NCBI GenBank assembly: GCA_027619975.1
Contig: JAQCGX010000007.1
Coordinates: 22,330-86,329 of the forward strand
Reading direction: 5' to 3'
DNA: 64,000 bases
DNA from: Nitrospinota bacterium
GTDB lineage: Bacteria > Nitrospinota > Nitrospinia > Nitrospinales > VA-1
Part shown: positions 17,484-27,760 of the stretch, piece by piece
Layout of the letters: every line of letters begins with the position of its first letter
Position numbering within the stretch: the stretch's first letter is position 1
Notes under the pieces: model-generated
Databases searched by the model: none
Seen by the model: the letters and a program-made list of their open reading frames with translations, nothing else
Told to the model about the DNA's origin: nothing
Made by a program: the position numbers and the translations under genes

Positions 17484-17597
17484 TCAAATCACCTCGAAAA
17501 AATACAAGAAGATCCAAATCACCAGCAGGACGTTGACAGCGACCCCAAGGTGGAAAAATACATTGAAAAATTTGCCGTACGTAAATTTGTAATCCAT
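17484..17597 (-). CDS. Small single-TM protein (37 aa), not in the ORF track
   Basis: MDYKFTYGKFFNVFFHLGVAVNVLLVIWIFLYFFEVI* with a GGGAG RBS upstream. Confidence 0.55.
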   Translation of the reverse strand: MDYKFTYGKFFNVFFHLGVAVNVLLVIWIFLYFFEVI

Positions 17598-17668
17598 TTT
17601 TGTTCTCCCATGAAAGACCGCCGGTTACGATGCCCCGCGAAACAGGTCGTTTACCGAGAGGTCCCTTT

Positions 17669-18481
17669 CTAGTCCATTACCAGAGTTTTTAATCTTGCTG
17701 CCAGTTCCGATTTACGAATGATTTTTCTCACAGGGCGGTCTATGAGGTTCAAACTCATATAAAGCCTCTCCAGTTTAGAAAATGTTTTGGATTTTGCAAT
17801 GGCCTGTCCGCCTTCATCGCGGATTTCATTTCTCCACACACTCAACGCCGTTAGATTTGTGAGATGGGGAGAATTTGCCAGAGCTATGGCGCCTTTGTTG
17901 CCAATGTTGTTGGAGCATAAATAAAGCTTGGTGAGCAAATTCAGTTGCGGAGAATTTGCCAGCGCGACGGCTCCCTCATCTCCGAGGCCCGTACTATCCA
18001 GATGCAGAGCCCTAAGACTCGGCAGTTGGGTGGATTTTGCAAAAAACTCCGCTCCCTCAGGGCCAATGGGGTTGCTGTCCATGAACAGCGTTTCCAAGGC
18101 TTGCAGATTCTGTGATGCGGCCAGGGTCTCGGCTCCTTTGGGGCCGATATTGTTGGCTTCCAACATCAGGCAGGTTAAATTTTTTGCGATCGGGGATTCC
18201 GCGAGAAACTTGGCGTCGTCGTCGCCCAGGTTGTTGTGGTTCAAATACAAGGAGCGGAGGTTAGGCAAGGCTTTGCACTGAGACAAAATCTCAATAGCCC
18301 CTCCGGCAAGAAAATTATGACTCAAATAGAGTTGCTCCACCGTGGATAATTCCTCCATTTCAGCCATCGACTTTAACTCTTCCGGGCCGATTTCCTTGTC
18401 GTCCAGATCCAGCAATTTTCCATCCGGGCTCAACTGTGAACGCACTAATAGATCTATTTTAGATTTAACGGCTTCTACCAA
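17669..18481 (-). CDS. Leucine-rich repeat protein (RI-like)
   Basis: About 28-aa repeats of the form L..L.L..N.IG..GA..LA.S. TTG start after GGAG. Confidence 0.85.
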   Translation of the reverse strand: MVEAVKSKIDLLVRSQLSPDGKLLDLDDKEIGPEELKSMAEMEELSTVEQLYLSHNFLAGGAIEILSQCKALPNLRSLYLNHNNLGDDDAKFLAESPIAKNLTCLMLEANNIGPKGAETLAASQNLQALETLFMDSNPIGPEGAEFFAKSTQLPSLRALHLDSTGLGDEGAVALANSPQLNLLTKLYLCSNNIGNKGAIALANSPHLTNLTALSVWRNEIRDEGGQAIAKSKTFSKLERLYMSLNLIDRPVRKIIRKSELAARLKTLVMD

Positions 18482-18666
18482 CGTTAGGGTCTCCAGAGGG
18501 AATCTGTTGAAGTAAATAAGGTTTATCGAGGGTATCAATTTAAAGGATTTTATAGAAAAGATCAAATTTCGGTAAGACCATAATATGAGATATAAAATAT
18601 GGGTGGCAGGAATCCTAAAAAAAGGGTTAAATAAATTTCAAATATAAAAAGGCTGAGGGTGAAAAT

Positions 18667-19779
18667 ATGATCATCGGAGTTCCTAAAGAAATCAAAAAGG
18701 ACGAAGGCCGCGTGTCCGTCACTCCGGCGGGGGTGCATGAGCTGGTGGCTCTGGGGCATGAGGTTCTGGTGGAAGAAAATTCCGGTTTGGGAAGCGGTCT
18801 CACCAACGCGCAATATGAGGAGCAGGGCGCCCGGATCACGCATCGGGACGATGTCTATGGGCGGGCGGAGATGGTCATCAAGGTGAAAGAACCCCTGCCC
18901 GAGGAATTTGAGCTTCTGAGGGAAGGACAGATCCTTTATACCTACCTTCATCTGGCTCCGGCAAAGGAATTGGCACAGGCTTTGCTGGAAAGAAAAATCA
19001 TTGGAATCGCCTATGAAACGGTGCAGTTGCCGGATAAATCCCTGCCTCTTCTCATACCCATGAGCGAAGTTGCGGGGCGCATGTCCATCCATGAGGGCGC
19101 AAAATGCCTGGAAGGCGAAAATGGCGGGCGCGGCATTCTGCTGGGCGGAGTACCCGGAGTGGACCCAGGGCATGTGGTGATCATCGGGGGAGGGATTGTG
19201 GGTTCCAATGCCGCGAAAATGGCCATCGGCACGGGAGCAACGGTGACGCTTTTGGATACCAATCTGCAACGCCTGCGTTATCTGGATGATATTTATGGCG
19301 CCCGATTGCGGACTTTGATGTCCAACGCAATCAATCTAACGGAGGCGCTCAGAACCGCCGATCTGGTTGTGGGTGCGGTGCTCATTCCAGGGGCCAAGGC
19401 GCCCCGGCTGGTTTCCCGCGACATGCTGAAAAAAATGCAACCGGGATCTGTTGTCGTGGATGTAGGAATTGACCAGGGAGGCGTTTTTGAAACCTCCCGT
19501 CCCACGACGCACAGCGATCCCATTTATGAAGAGGAGGGCGTCGTCCATTATTGTGTGGCCAATATGCCGGGGGCCCTGGCACGCACGTCCACGTTTGCAT
19601 TGACCAATGCAACGTTTCCTTACGCCAAGGAACTGGCGCAGAAGGGGTATCAGCGAGCGTTGCAGGAAAATTCAGCTTTAGCGCTGGGGTTGAATATCTT
19701 TAAAGGCCATGTGACCCACCCGGCTGTGGCCGAAGCTTTGGATCTGGAATATGTTTCTCCCGAAAAACTTTTAAACTGA
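18667..19779 (+). CDS. ald: Alanine dehydrogenase
   Basis: [44 protein letters not shown]. Confidence 0.97.
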   Translation: MIIGVPKEIKKDEGRVSVTPAGVHELVALGHEVLVEENSGLGSGLTNAQYEEQGARITHRDDVYGRAEMVIKVKEPLPEEFELLREGQILYTYLHLAPAKELAQALLERKIIGIAYETVQLPDKSLPLLIPMSEVAGRMSIHEGAKCLEGENGGRGILLGGVPGVDPGHVVIIGGGIVGSNAAKMAIGTGATVTLLDTNLQRLRYLDDIYGARLRTLMSNAINLTEALRTADLVVGAVLIPGAKAPRLVSRDMLKKMQPGSVVVDVGIDQGGVFETSRPTTHSDPIYEEEGVVHYCVANMPGALARTSTFALTNATFPYAKELAQKGYQRALQENSALALGLNIFKGHVTHPAVAEALDLEYVSPEKLLN

Positions 19780-19783
19780 CCGT

Positions 19784-22700
19784 ATGCAACCGTCCAATTT
19801 TGTCCATTTACATTTGCACACTTCCTACAGTCTGCTCGATTCCTCCATAAGGCACGACTCCCTGTTTAAAAGAGCTGTGGAATACAAAATGCCTGCCGTC
19901 GCCATGACCGATCACGGCAACATGTTCGGGGCGGTGGAGTTTTATAGTGGGGCCAAGCGTCATGGATTGAATCCCATTATCGGTTGCGAAGTGTATGTCG
20001 CCCCTGAAAGTCGGCACGAAAAGAAAAGCAAGCACCACCTCCGCGATGCGTCCTACCATCTCATTCTGCTGGCTCAAAATGACACGGGATATAAAAATCT
20101 TTTGCTTTTAGTGACTTCAGGATATTTTGAGGGTTTTTACTATAAACCCAGAATTGATAAGGAATTATTGGCCGAGCATGCAGAAGGCTTGATTGCGCTC
20201 AGTTCCTGCGGACGCGGGGAGGTGGCCGACTGCATCAGCAAAGAAGACATCCCGCGTGCGATGGAAGTGGCGGGACAGTACCGGGAAATTATGGGGGAAG
20301 GTAATTTCTTCCTGGAGATGCAGTATCACAAAATGGAGTATCAGGAAAAAATCAACAAAGAGTTGATTCAAATTGGCAAGAAACTTTCCTTGCCGCTGGT
20401 GGCCACAAATAATTGCCATTACCTGGAGAAGAAGGATTTTCGTGCGCATGAAATTCTGCTGTGCCTGCAAACGGGAAAGACCATCCACGATCCGTATCGC
20501 ATGCAGTATCCATCCGATGAATATTATTTCAAATCTCCGGAGGAAATGATTGAACTGTTCAAGGAGGTTCCCGAGGCGATCGAAAATACGGTGAAAATCG
20601 CCGAGCGCTGCAATCTGGAAATGGAATTCGACAAGCTCAACTTTCCCGATTATCCGGTGCCTGAAAGCTATACGCTCGAAAGTTACCTGGAAGAGAAAGC
20701 CAGGTCGGGCTTGCAGGAGCGCATGGACACTATGACGAAGCGCGGGGTTGCGTTTGATAAGCAAGCCTATGAAAACCGTCTCAAGGTTGAGTTGGGGATC
20801 ATTCGCGATATGGGGTATCCCGGTTATTTTCTAATCGTTTGGGATTTTATCGACCACGCCCGTTCCCAGAATATTCCTGTGGGGCCGGGACGAGGCTCCG
20901 CCGCCGGAAGCGTCGTCGCTTACGCTTTGAAAATCACCGATATCGACCCGTTAAAATACAGTCTGCTGTTTGAACGGTTTTTGAATCCCGAACGGGTGAG
21001 CATGCCCGATATCGATATCGACTTCTGCATCGAGGGCCGGGAAAAAGTAATCAATTATGTGACCGAAAAATACGGCGGCGAACAAAACGTTTCCCAGATC
21101 ATCACTTTCGGCAGCATGAACGCCAAAGGCGTGCTCCGGGATGTGGGCCGGGTTTTGGATTTGACCTACGGAGAAGTGGATAAGCTTGCCAAGCTGGTTC
21201 CCAACCGCTTGAATATCACCCTTGAGGAAGCCTTTAAAGAGGAGTCCAAGTTTGGGGAATTGAAAAAGGAAAATGAGAAAGTTGCGGAGCTTCTGGAAAT
21301 AGCCCTGAGCCTGGAAGGGCTTCCCCGTCATTGTTCCACTCATGCGGCGGGGGTGGTCATATCTTCGAAGCCGTTGACTCAGTTTTTGCCCCTCTATAAA
21401 GGCGGCAACGACGAAGTGGTGACTCAGTTTTCCATGACCAATGTGGAGAAGCTGGGACTGTTGAAAATGGATTTCCTGGGTCTCAAAACCTTGACGGTGA
21501 TCGATAATGCTCTACGACTTATAAAGCAGTCTCGAAATGTTGATCTGGATATTTCGGGTATTCCGTTGGATGATCCGGAGACTTTCAAACTGTTGAGCGA
21601 CGGGCGGACTCTGGGGGTGTTTCAGTTGGAAAGTTCCGGCATGCGCGACCTGCTGAAAAAAATGAAACCTGATTGTTTTGAGGACATCATCGCTCTCCTT
21701 GCGCTGTACCGTCCTGGCCCGCTGGAAAGTGGCATGGTGGATGACTATGTCAAACGCAAACACGGAACGATGGAGGAAAAGTATGATCTTCCTGAGTTGA
21801 AAGATATTCTGAAGGAAACTCACGGGGTCATTTTGTATCAGGAGCAGGTCATGAACATTGCCAGTGTGCTTGCCGGTTTTTCACTGGGTGATGCCGATAT
21901 ACTTCGCCGTGCGATGGGGAAAAAGAAAGCCGAGGAAATGGCGGCGCAACGGCAAAAATTTATGGACGGCTGTAAGGAGAAAAAACGACCGGAGAAAAAG
22001 GCGGACAAAATATTTTCACTCATGGAGAAATTTTCCGGATACGGTTTCAATAAATCGCACAGTGCCGCCTATGCCCAGGTTTCTTACCAGACTGCGTACC
22101 TGAAAACGCATTATCCGTTGGAATTTTTTGGCGCTTTGATCACCAGCGATATGGATAACACCGACAAGGTTTTGCGATACATTCACGATTGTCGGGAGAA
22201 TAAAATAAAGGTGCAGCCGCCGGACGTAAATTTCAGCACCAAAGATTTTTCCATATCCGACGACCAGTTGGTCTTTGGTCTGGGAGCGATCAAAAACGTG
22301 GGGTCGGCGGCGATCGATTCGATCTTGGAAACCCGCAAACAGCAGGGTCATTTCCCATCATTAAAAAACTTTTGCGAGTCCGTGGATCTCAGGCAGGTGA
22401 ACAAACGGGTGCTGGAAAGCCTGATTAAAAGCGGGGCCTGCGATTCATTGGGAGAAAGCCGTTCGAGCAAAATGATAAATTTGCCATCCACAATGGAAAT
22501 GGCGCAGGCGAATCAGCGGGATCGTCAACTGGGTCAATCCAGTATGTTTGAAGTCTTTGAAGAACAGGTGGATGTTAATAAAGAAACGAATCAGGAAACG
22601 ATTGAAGAGTGGAGTGAGCAGGAGCGATTGAAATACGAAAAGGAATCGATCGGGTTTTACATCACCGGTCATCCTCTGGATGGGTACGTGAAAGACCTGG

Positions 22701-23248
22701 CCTGGTTCACGGATGCAAATTCCGCCAGCATCAGCGAAATGGCCCACGCGCGCTCTGTGAGTCTTGCCGGAATTCCCATGAAAATATTGTCGAAAACCAC
22801 GCGCAAGGGCGATAAGATGGCCATCGTGACTCTGGAGGATTTGCATGGCTCGGTCGAAGTCATTCTCTGGCCCGAAACGTTTGCGGAATCGGAAGCGTTG
22901 TTGCACAGCGAGGAACCATTGCTGGTCAAAGGCAAGGTGGATGCCGAGGGCAGCTTGCCAAAAGTCATAGCTGATGAAATCTATCCCTTGTCCGACGCAA
23001 AAAATCACTGGAAAGGGAAGGTTCATATTCATCTCAGGACACCCGGCCTGGAAAAGGAAACACTTTTGGAAATAAAAAATGTTCTTGCCGCACATAAGGG
23101 CAATAACGAAACACTGATCCATTTTATTTTTCCAGATGATAAAACTAAAACCATCCGGGTGGAAGAAAGTTTGAGAATCCAGCCCTCGGATGAAGTGATT
23201 CAGGGCATAGAAGCCATTTTAGGCGAAGAAGCGATTCGGTTTGAATGA
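19784..23248 (+). CDS. dnaE: DNA polymerase III alpha subunit
   Basis: PHP domain HLHLHTSYSLLD, GPGRGSAAGS, MPDIDIDF, KMDFLGL, YGFNKSHS, C-terminal OB fold. Confidence 0.98.
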   Translation: MQPSNFVHLHLHTSYSLLDSSIRHDSLFKRAVEYKMPAVAMTDHGNMFGAVEFYSGAKRHGLNPIIGCEVYVAPESRHEKKSKHHLRDASYHLILLAQNDTGYKNLLLLVTSGYFEGFYYKPRIDKELLAEHAEGLIALSSCGRGEVADCISKEDIPRAMEVAGQYREIMGEGNFFLEMQYHKMEYQEKINKELIQIGKKLSLPLVATNNCHYLEKKDFRAHEILLCLQTGKTIHDPYRMQYPSDEYYFKSPEEMIELFKEVPEAIENTVKIAERCNLEMEFDKLNFPDYPVPESYTLESYLEEKARSGLQERMDTMTKRGVAFDKQAYENRLKVELGIIRDMGYPGYFLIVWDFIDHARSQNIPVGPGRGSAAGSVVAYALKITDIDPLKYSLLFERFLNPERVSMPDIDIDFCIEGREKVINYVTEKYGGEQNVSQIITFGSMNAKGVLRDVGRVLDLTYGEVDKLAKLVPNRLNITLEEAFKEESKFGELKKENEKVAELLEIALSLEGLPRHCSTHAAGVVISSKPLTQFLPLYKGGNDEVVTQFSMTNVEKLGLLKMDFLGLKTLTVIDNALRLIKQSRNVDLDISGIPLDDPETFKLLSDGRTLGVFQLESSGMRDLLKKMKPDCFEDIIALLALYRPGPLESGMVDDYVKRKHGTMEEKYDLPELKDILKETHGVILYQEQVMNIASVLAGFSLGDADILRRAMGKKKAEEMAAQRQKFMDGCKEKKRPEKKADKIFSLMEKFSGYGFNKSHSAAYAQVSYQTAYLKTHYPLEFFGALITSDMDNTDKVLRYIHDCRENKIKVQPPDVNFSTKDFSISDDQLVFGLGAIKNVGSAAIDSILETRKQQGHFPSLKNFCESVDLRQVNKRVLESLIKSGACDSLGESRSSKMINLPSTMEMAQANQRDRQLGQSSMFEVFEEQVDVNKETNQETIEEWSEQERLKYEKESIGFYITGHPLDGYVKDLAWFTDANSASISEMAHARSVSLAGIPMKILSKTTRKGDKMAIVTLEDLHGSVEVILWPETFAESEALLHSEEPLLVKGKVDAEGSLPKVIADEIYPLSDAKNHWKGKVHIHLRTPGLEKETLLEIKNVLAAHKGNNETLIHFIFPDDKTKTIRVEESLRIQPSDEVIQGIEAILGEEAIRFE

Positions 23249-23280
23249 AGAGGTTAAATCAAAAAGTCTGCAGGAATTTA

Positions 23281-23916
23281 TTATTTTATCTTCTGTTGAA
23301 TCAGCAATTCAATTTTATCCGCGAGAGCGTCTGATTTTTCCCTGGGAAGGCGAAAGGGGATGAGGATTTTTTTTCCGCCAGAGCAAATGACTTCAAGGGT
23401 TGTTACTCTGGGGATTCCAAACAACAGGGCTGGTAAAAACAAAATTTTATTTCTCCGCACCGTTTGAATATCTTTCCACCTAACTGCCATCCGGGGGGCA
23501 TGAAAAGGAAAGTGCAGCCGGGTGAAGTGCATCGCAATTCCCTGAAGACCCAAGGTGACAAAATAACAGCGGGGAAACAAATCTCTGTTTTTCAGCATGA
23601 GTTGAATGACTTTTGTGAGTCCCCAACCGAGGAGAAGGAAGCATAAACCCAGTACCAATGTGAACGAGGAAAGACCATGGGTGGACCCGAGAATTCGTAT
23701 TGGAAATAAAATCAGGATGGCTATGAACAAAAGCAAGGGAGCCATCATGAAGATGCCGGTGATATTGGCTCCATAGACAGGAAGCCCGGAAGGCAGGAGA
23801 ATTGTGGTGTCTTCCCCTGCATGTATTATTGTCTCGGTGGTTGCTTGTTCTTCGTGATCGGCGAGATAGCTTATCCCTCGTTCGATATCGTTTTCCGCCC
23901 AGTTTTTAGAATTCAT
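23281..23916 (-). CDS. Hypothetical membrane protein
   Basis: 211-aa ORF with two TM helices and a PH-like C-terminal part. Confidence 0.65.
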   Translation of the reverse strand: MNSKNWAENDIERGISYLADHEEQATTETIIHAGEDTTILLPSGLPVYGANITGIFMMAPLLLFIAILILFPIRILGSTHGLSSFTLVLGLCFLLLGWGLTKVIQLMLKNRDLFPRCYFVTLGLQGIAMHFTRLHFPFHAPRMAVRWKDIQTVRRNKILFLPALLFGIPRVTTLEVICSGGKKILIPFRLPREKSDALADKIELLIQQKIK

Positions 23917-24083
23917 TTCTATAAAATATCGGTTTTAGTGAAGATTGAAATAGTGCAAAGCTAAAAAATATTTGATCCTTTTTTAGACGACATGGCAGTC
24001 ACTATGAGATAATGACCTTCCTCAACAACTTTCATCGATAATCAAATTTTTACCGCCGCTTTGCGGCACGGAATTTCCCATTT

Positions 24084-25418
24084 ATGAAATTAAAACACGC
24101 TGAATTAAGAAACATTACGGAAGCATTGCCAAATGGAATGACCGTGGTCACGATCGAAATGCCGCATTTTCATACCATGGAAATGGCTTTGTTCGTTCGG
24201 GCCGGATTGCGTTTTGAAAATAAGCAGAATAACGGGGTCTCCCATTTTCTTGAGCACATGCTGTATCGTGGAAATGCGAAATATCCTGACTCTCTATCCT
24301 TGAACCGGGAGTTTGAAACCGTGGGTCGCGAACTTCGCGCTTCCACTTTGTGTGAATACACCTGTTTTGCATTCAGCCCTCATATTTCCCAGATCAAGCG
24401 TGCCGTTGAGTTATTTGCTGACTTTTTCAGCGAACCCACATTTCCTCAAATTGAGCTTGAACGGGAGATCATTTTGGAGGAATGCCTGGAAGAACTCAAC
24501 GAAAAAGGGGAAAATGTTGATATCGATAACATCGCCTGCCGCTTGCTTTATCAGGGATCCTCTTTGTCCATGCCTACCATCGGAACCGAATCAACCATAA
24601 AGTCGATTAACAAAGAGATGCTCCAGGAATATTTTAATGCATATTACCATGCCAGCAATATGATCTTTGTCGGTGCCGGGCCTATTGTTCACGAAGAGTT
24701 TTTTGATTTGGTCAAACAGTATTTTTCAAAGATCCCGGACAAGGGAGAGGGAATTGCGATCGATCACTTTAATAAAAGCCTGAACGAAGATCAAAAATCC
24801 CCGGCGCAGGCGTTTCAATACGACTCGGACAGCCAGATACAGTTGCAACTCTGCTTTCGTTCGGTATCGTATAATCATCCGGACTATTTTCCTCTTTGCC
24901 TGATCGGACGCGTCTTTGACGATGGTTTCAGCTCCCGCTTGCAACGGGCTTTGCGAGAGGACAGGGGCCTTGTGTATTCCGTGGATTGCCGTATCACCAG
25001 TTTTTCAGATACGGGAACGGTGGACTTCGATGTCAACGTGAGGCCGGAAAAAGTTTGCCAGGTCGCCACTATTCTGATAGATGAAATTAAAAAACTATTG
25101 GAGACAGGACCTTCGCAAGATGAGCTGAATTTTGTCAAACAAAGATATTTTTTCGAATTGGATGTAGACCAGGATGATCCTTGCAAACAAATCTCGCGCT
25201 ACGGATTAGCTCAACTGTATTCCAAGGTAATTTCCGCAGATGAAGAATGGGCACTGGTGGAACCCATCACCCGAGAAGAAATTATAAATGTGGCCCGCAA
25301 AATCTTTGTCCCCGAAAACCTCAATATGGTCATTGTTGGTCCTTACACAGAAGAAATAAAAAAGGAACTGGAAGGTATTGTTGAATCCTTTCAGGGCCTG
25401 CCAGCGTTCGTTTCTTAG
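24084..25418 (+). CDS. M16 family (pitrilysin-like) zinc peptidase
   Basis: HFLEH inverted zinc motif, LPNG, SSRLQRALREDRGLVY. Confidence 0.92.
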   Translation: MKLKHAELRNITEALPNGMTVVTIEMPHFHTMEMALFVRAGLRFENKQNNGVSHFLEHMLYRGNAKYPDSLSLNREFETVGRELRASTLCEYTCFAFSPHISQIKRAVELFADFFSEPTFPQIELEREIILEECLEELNEKGENVDIDNIACRLLYQGSSLSMPTIGTESTIKSINKEMLQEYFNAYYHASNMIFVGAGPIVHEEFFDLVKQYFSKIPDKGEGIAIDHFNKSLNEDQKSPAQAFQYDSDSQIQLQLCFRSVSYNHPDYFPLCLIGRVFDDGFSSRLQRALREDRGLVYSVDCRITSFSDTGTVDFDVNVRPEKVCQVATILIDEIKKLLETGPSQDELNFVKQRYFFELDVDQDDPCKQISRYGLAQLYSKVISADEEWALVEPITREEIINVARKIFVPENLNMVIVGPYTEEIKKELEGIVESFQGLPAFVS

Positions 25419-25447
25419 TGCCTCCCCAATTTTAAGGTTATTTTAAA

Positions 25448-26266
25448 ATGAAACAATGGAAGTCCGCGATTGTTATTTTTGTGACTATTTTGATCGTCGC
25501 TTGTGGGACAAGTTCAAGCGATGTTGAGCAGTGCCTTGAAAATGGAAGCTGTGTCGCCACTCTTGACGTGTTAAAAATATCAGGGGATCTTCCTCTGAGT
25601 CCTGATGCCACGTTCTGGAGTTCTCCGGATGCCCCCAAAAAGATCTCTCTTGAATTGGGGCCGCAAATGATCACCAATCCCAAATGGCCGAATCCCTCTG
25701 TGAAAGAAGTCAACCTGAGCGCCGTGAGCAACGGATCGGATATCGCATTTCTTCTGGAATGGGAAGATGCAGCGAAGGATAATTTTTATGGTCATTCCGA
25801 TCGCTACACGGATCAGGCCGCCCTCATGTTTCCTTTGCAGCCAGCGGCAGAGGCGCCAATGATTACCATGGGAAGCGAAAATGAGGTGGTCAACATCTGG
25901 CAGTGGAAAGCGGCCTGGGAAAAGGACATTGGCGATCAAAATAATAAGCGTACACGCGGGCCGGATGATTTTACATCGACAGGAACGACGGTCGCGCGTC
26001 CTGACCGGGCATCCCCTGTTGAAGATTTGAACGCCGAGGGTTTCAGCACCCTGACGATTCAAGACGAACAAAACGTTCAAGGGAAAGGGGTATGGAAAAA
26101 CAATCGTTGGCGTGTCGTTTTTCGTCGTTCGCTCACCGACTCCGATTCCGGAGATGCTCAATTCAAGGGGGCAACCCAGATGGCTGTTGCAGTATGGAAC
26201 GGAGGTAATAATGAACGTAATGGTCAGAAAGGAATCATTGGCTGGATTCTTTTACGCCTCCACTAA
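25448..26266 (+). CDS. Ethylbenzene dehydrogenase gamma (EbdC/NxrC-like) heme b-binding protein
   Basis: Lipoprotein-like signal (IVACG), LEWED, DQAALMFP, PMITMG, VNIWQWKA, AVAVWNG...ERNGQKG. Confidence 0.8.
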   Translation: MKQWKSAIVIFVTILIVACGTSSSDVEQCLENGSCVATLDVLKISGDLPLSPDATFWSSPDAPKKISLELGPQMITNPKWPNPSVKEVNLSAVSNGSDIAFLLEWEDAAKDNFYGHSDRYTDQAALMFPLQPAAEAPMITMGSENEVVNIWQWKAAWEKDIGDQNNKRTRGPDDFTSTGTTVARPDRASPVEDLNAEGFSTLTIQDEQNVQGKGVWKNNRWRVVFRRSLTDSDSGDAQFKGATQMAVAVWNGGNNERNGQKGIIGWILLRLH

Positions 26267-26485
26267 TCAGTTGATTCTCTGTAGGATCCCAAAATTCCTA
26301 TCTTATCGTCAGTTATAGCAAATAGGCTTTCCTTGTCATAATTCTTTCGTTATTCTAATAGCGTGAAGGCTGTCTGGGTTTATTATTCCGTGCTCTTTAC
26401 ATAAGTATTCTTTTTTAGAATGCCTATTTTTGCTGTGTTCAAATCTAACCATTTTCATTATATAAAAATCTAGGAGCGTATCATT

Positions 26486-27174
26486 ATGGAGGAGTCTTTT
26501 GTTAAGCGATTAACTACTCTTTTTATTGTGTTATCACTGTTAATTTCGGGTGGTTGCGCCACCGTATATCAGGAAACTGCGGCACGGGTGTGGCAGGATC
26601 GATCTGGACAGGACCAAAAATTGACTTGAAAATTCATACGTCTATTTTGGATCGTTTATCAGATAAAGACAAAGGCCTTCTTCTCGATGTCAGTGCCGAT
26701 GTTTGGGAACAGCGGGTCATGCTCACCGGCACTTTAGACGACTCGGCGGTTCACAAGGAAGTGATAAAACTTGCAAAACAGGATGACAGAATCAAGAAAT
26801 TTTATGATCATATCCAAATAGTGACCAAGGAAGAAAAAGAAGCTCGGCGTAAACAAAAGGAAGATCAAAAACAGAATAAAGGCAAGGAAGATGAGAAAAG
26901 CGGTGTCGGGCAAACAGTGGATGACTTCTGGATTGAAACTAAAATCAAGGCTCAACTGATAACTGGACAAAACGTGACCTCGGTCAATTATTTTTACAGG
27001 TCGGTTAAAAACAATGTCTATGTGATTGGAAAAGCCAAGAGTCAATTTGAAAAGGACAAGGTTCTTCAAGTCATCAAGGATACAAAGGGAGTAACGTCAG
27101 TTACGGAACACATTGAAGTGGTTTCGGAAGCGGCTTATCAAAATTTATATTTTGATATCTGGGAGAGGAAATAA
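26486..27174 (+). pseudogene. Dual-BON-domain lipoprotein with a frameshift in an A5 run
   Basis: AGGAG RBS then ATG 26486: MEESFVKRL...LISGGCAT...DRSGQDQK, stop at 26627. The -1 frame continues KIDLKIH...VMLTG...DDFWIETKIKAQL (BON repeats). Confidence 0.75.
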
Positions 27175-27180
27175 AATTTT

Positions 27181-27741
27181 ATGAAAATTAAAACTCATGC
27201 CTTTCTGCTTTCCGGTTTGATAATGTTATTTGGTCTTATAGTAGTGGAGCACTCGTCTGCTGCCACGGCGAGAGAGATCAATGTGGGTGTGGATGTTGCT
27301 TTGGAACGTTTTCACAAAGAAGTCCACGGCAGTGAAGGCCTGTTAAAAAAATCAAAAGGTGTTCTTGTATTTCCGAAAGTATACAAAGCCGGGTTTGGAA
27401 TTGGCGGAGAATATGGTGAGGGAGCACTACGAATCAATGGCAAGTCGGTTGAATATTACAACACGGCGGCGGCATCGATCGGGTTTCAGCTGGGTGCCCA
27501 GGTCAAGACGGTAATTCTTGTTTTCATGAGTGAAAAAACACTGAAGGAGTTTCGAGCCAGCGAGGGTTGGGAAGCCGGTGTTGATGGGTCGGTTGCCTTG
27601 ATCACTCTGGGGATGGGAGATTCTTTGGATACCACCAATGTTAAAGACCCCATTGTCGGGTTTATTTTGGGACAGAAGGGATTGATGTATAACCTGACGT
27701 TGGAAGGTTCTAAGTTTACCAAATTGGATAAAACAGAATGA
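27181..27741 (+). CDS. YSC84/SYLF-related lipid-binding protein
   Basis: GVLVFPKVYKAGFGIGGEYGEG, SIGFQLGAQ, KGLMYNLTLEGSKF. Confidence 0.88.
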   Translation: MKIKTHAFLLSGLIMLFGLIVVEHSSAATAREINVGVDVALERFHKEVHGSEGLLKKSKGVLVFPKVYKAGFGIGGEYGEGALRINGKSVEYYNTAAASIGFQLGAQVKTVILVFMSEKTLKEFRASEGWEAGVDGSVALITLGMGDSLDTTNVKDPIVGFILGQKGLMYNLTLEGSKFTKLDKTE

Positions 27742-27760
27742 TAGGAAGTCAGGGTTGAAT

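Noticed and set aside
17669-18481. LRR gene as a eukaryote-derived effector
   Set aside because: RI-like LRR proteins are common in such bacteria, and there is no secretion or mobility context here.
19784-23248. Intein in DnaE
   Set aside because: The length (1154 aa) and continuous motifs leave no room, and no splice-junction signatures were seen.
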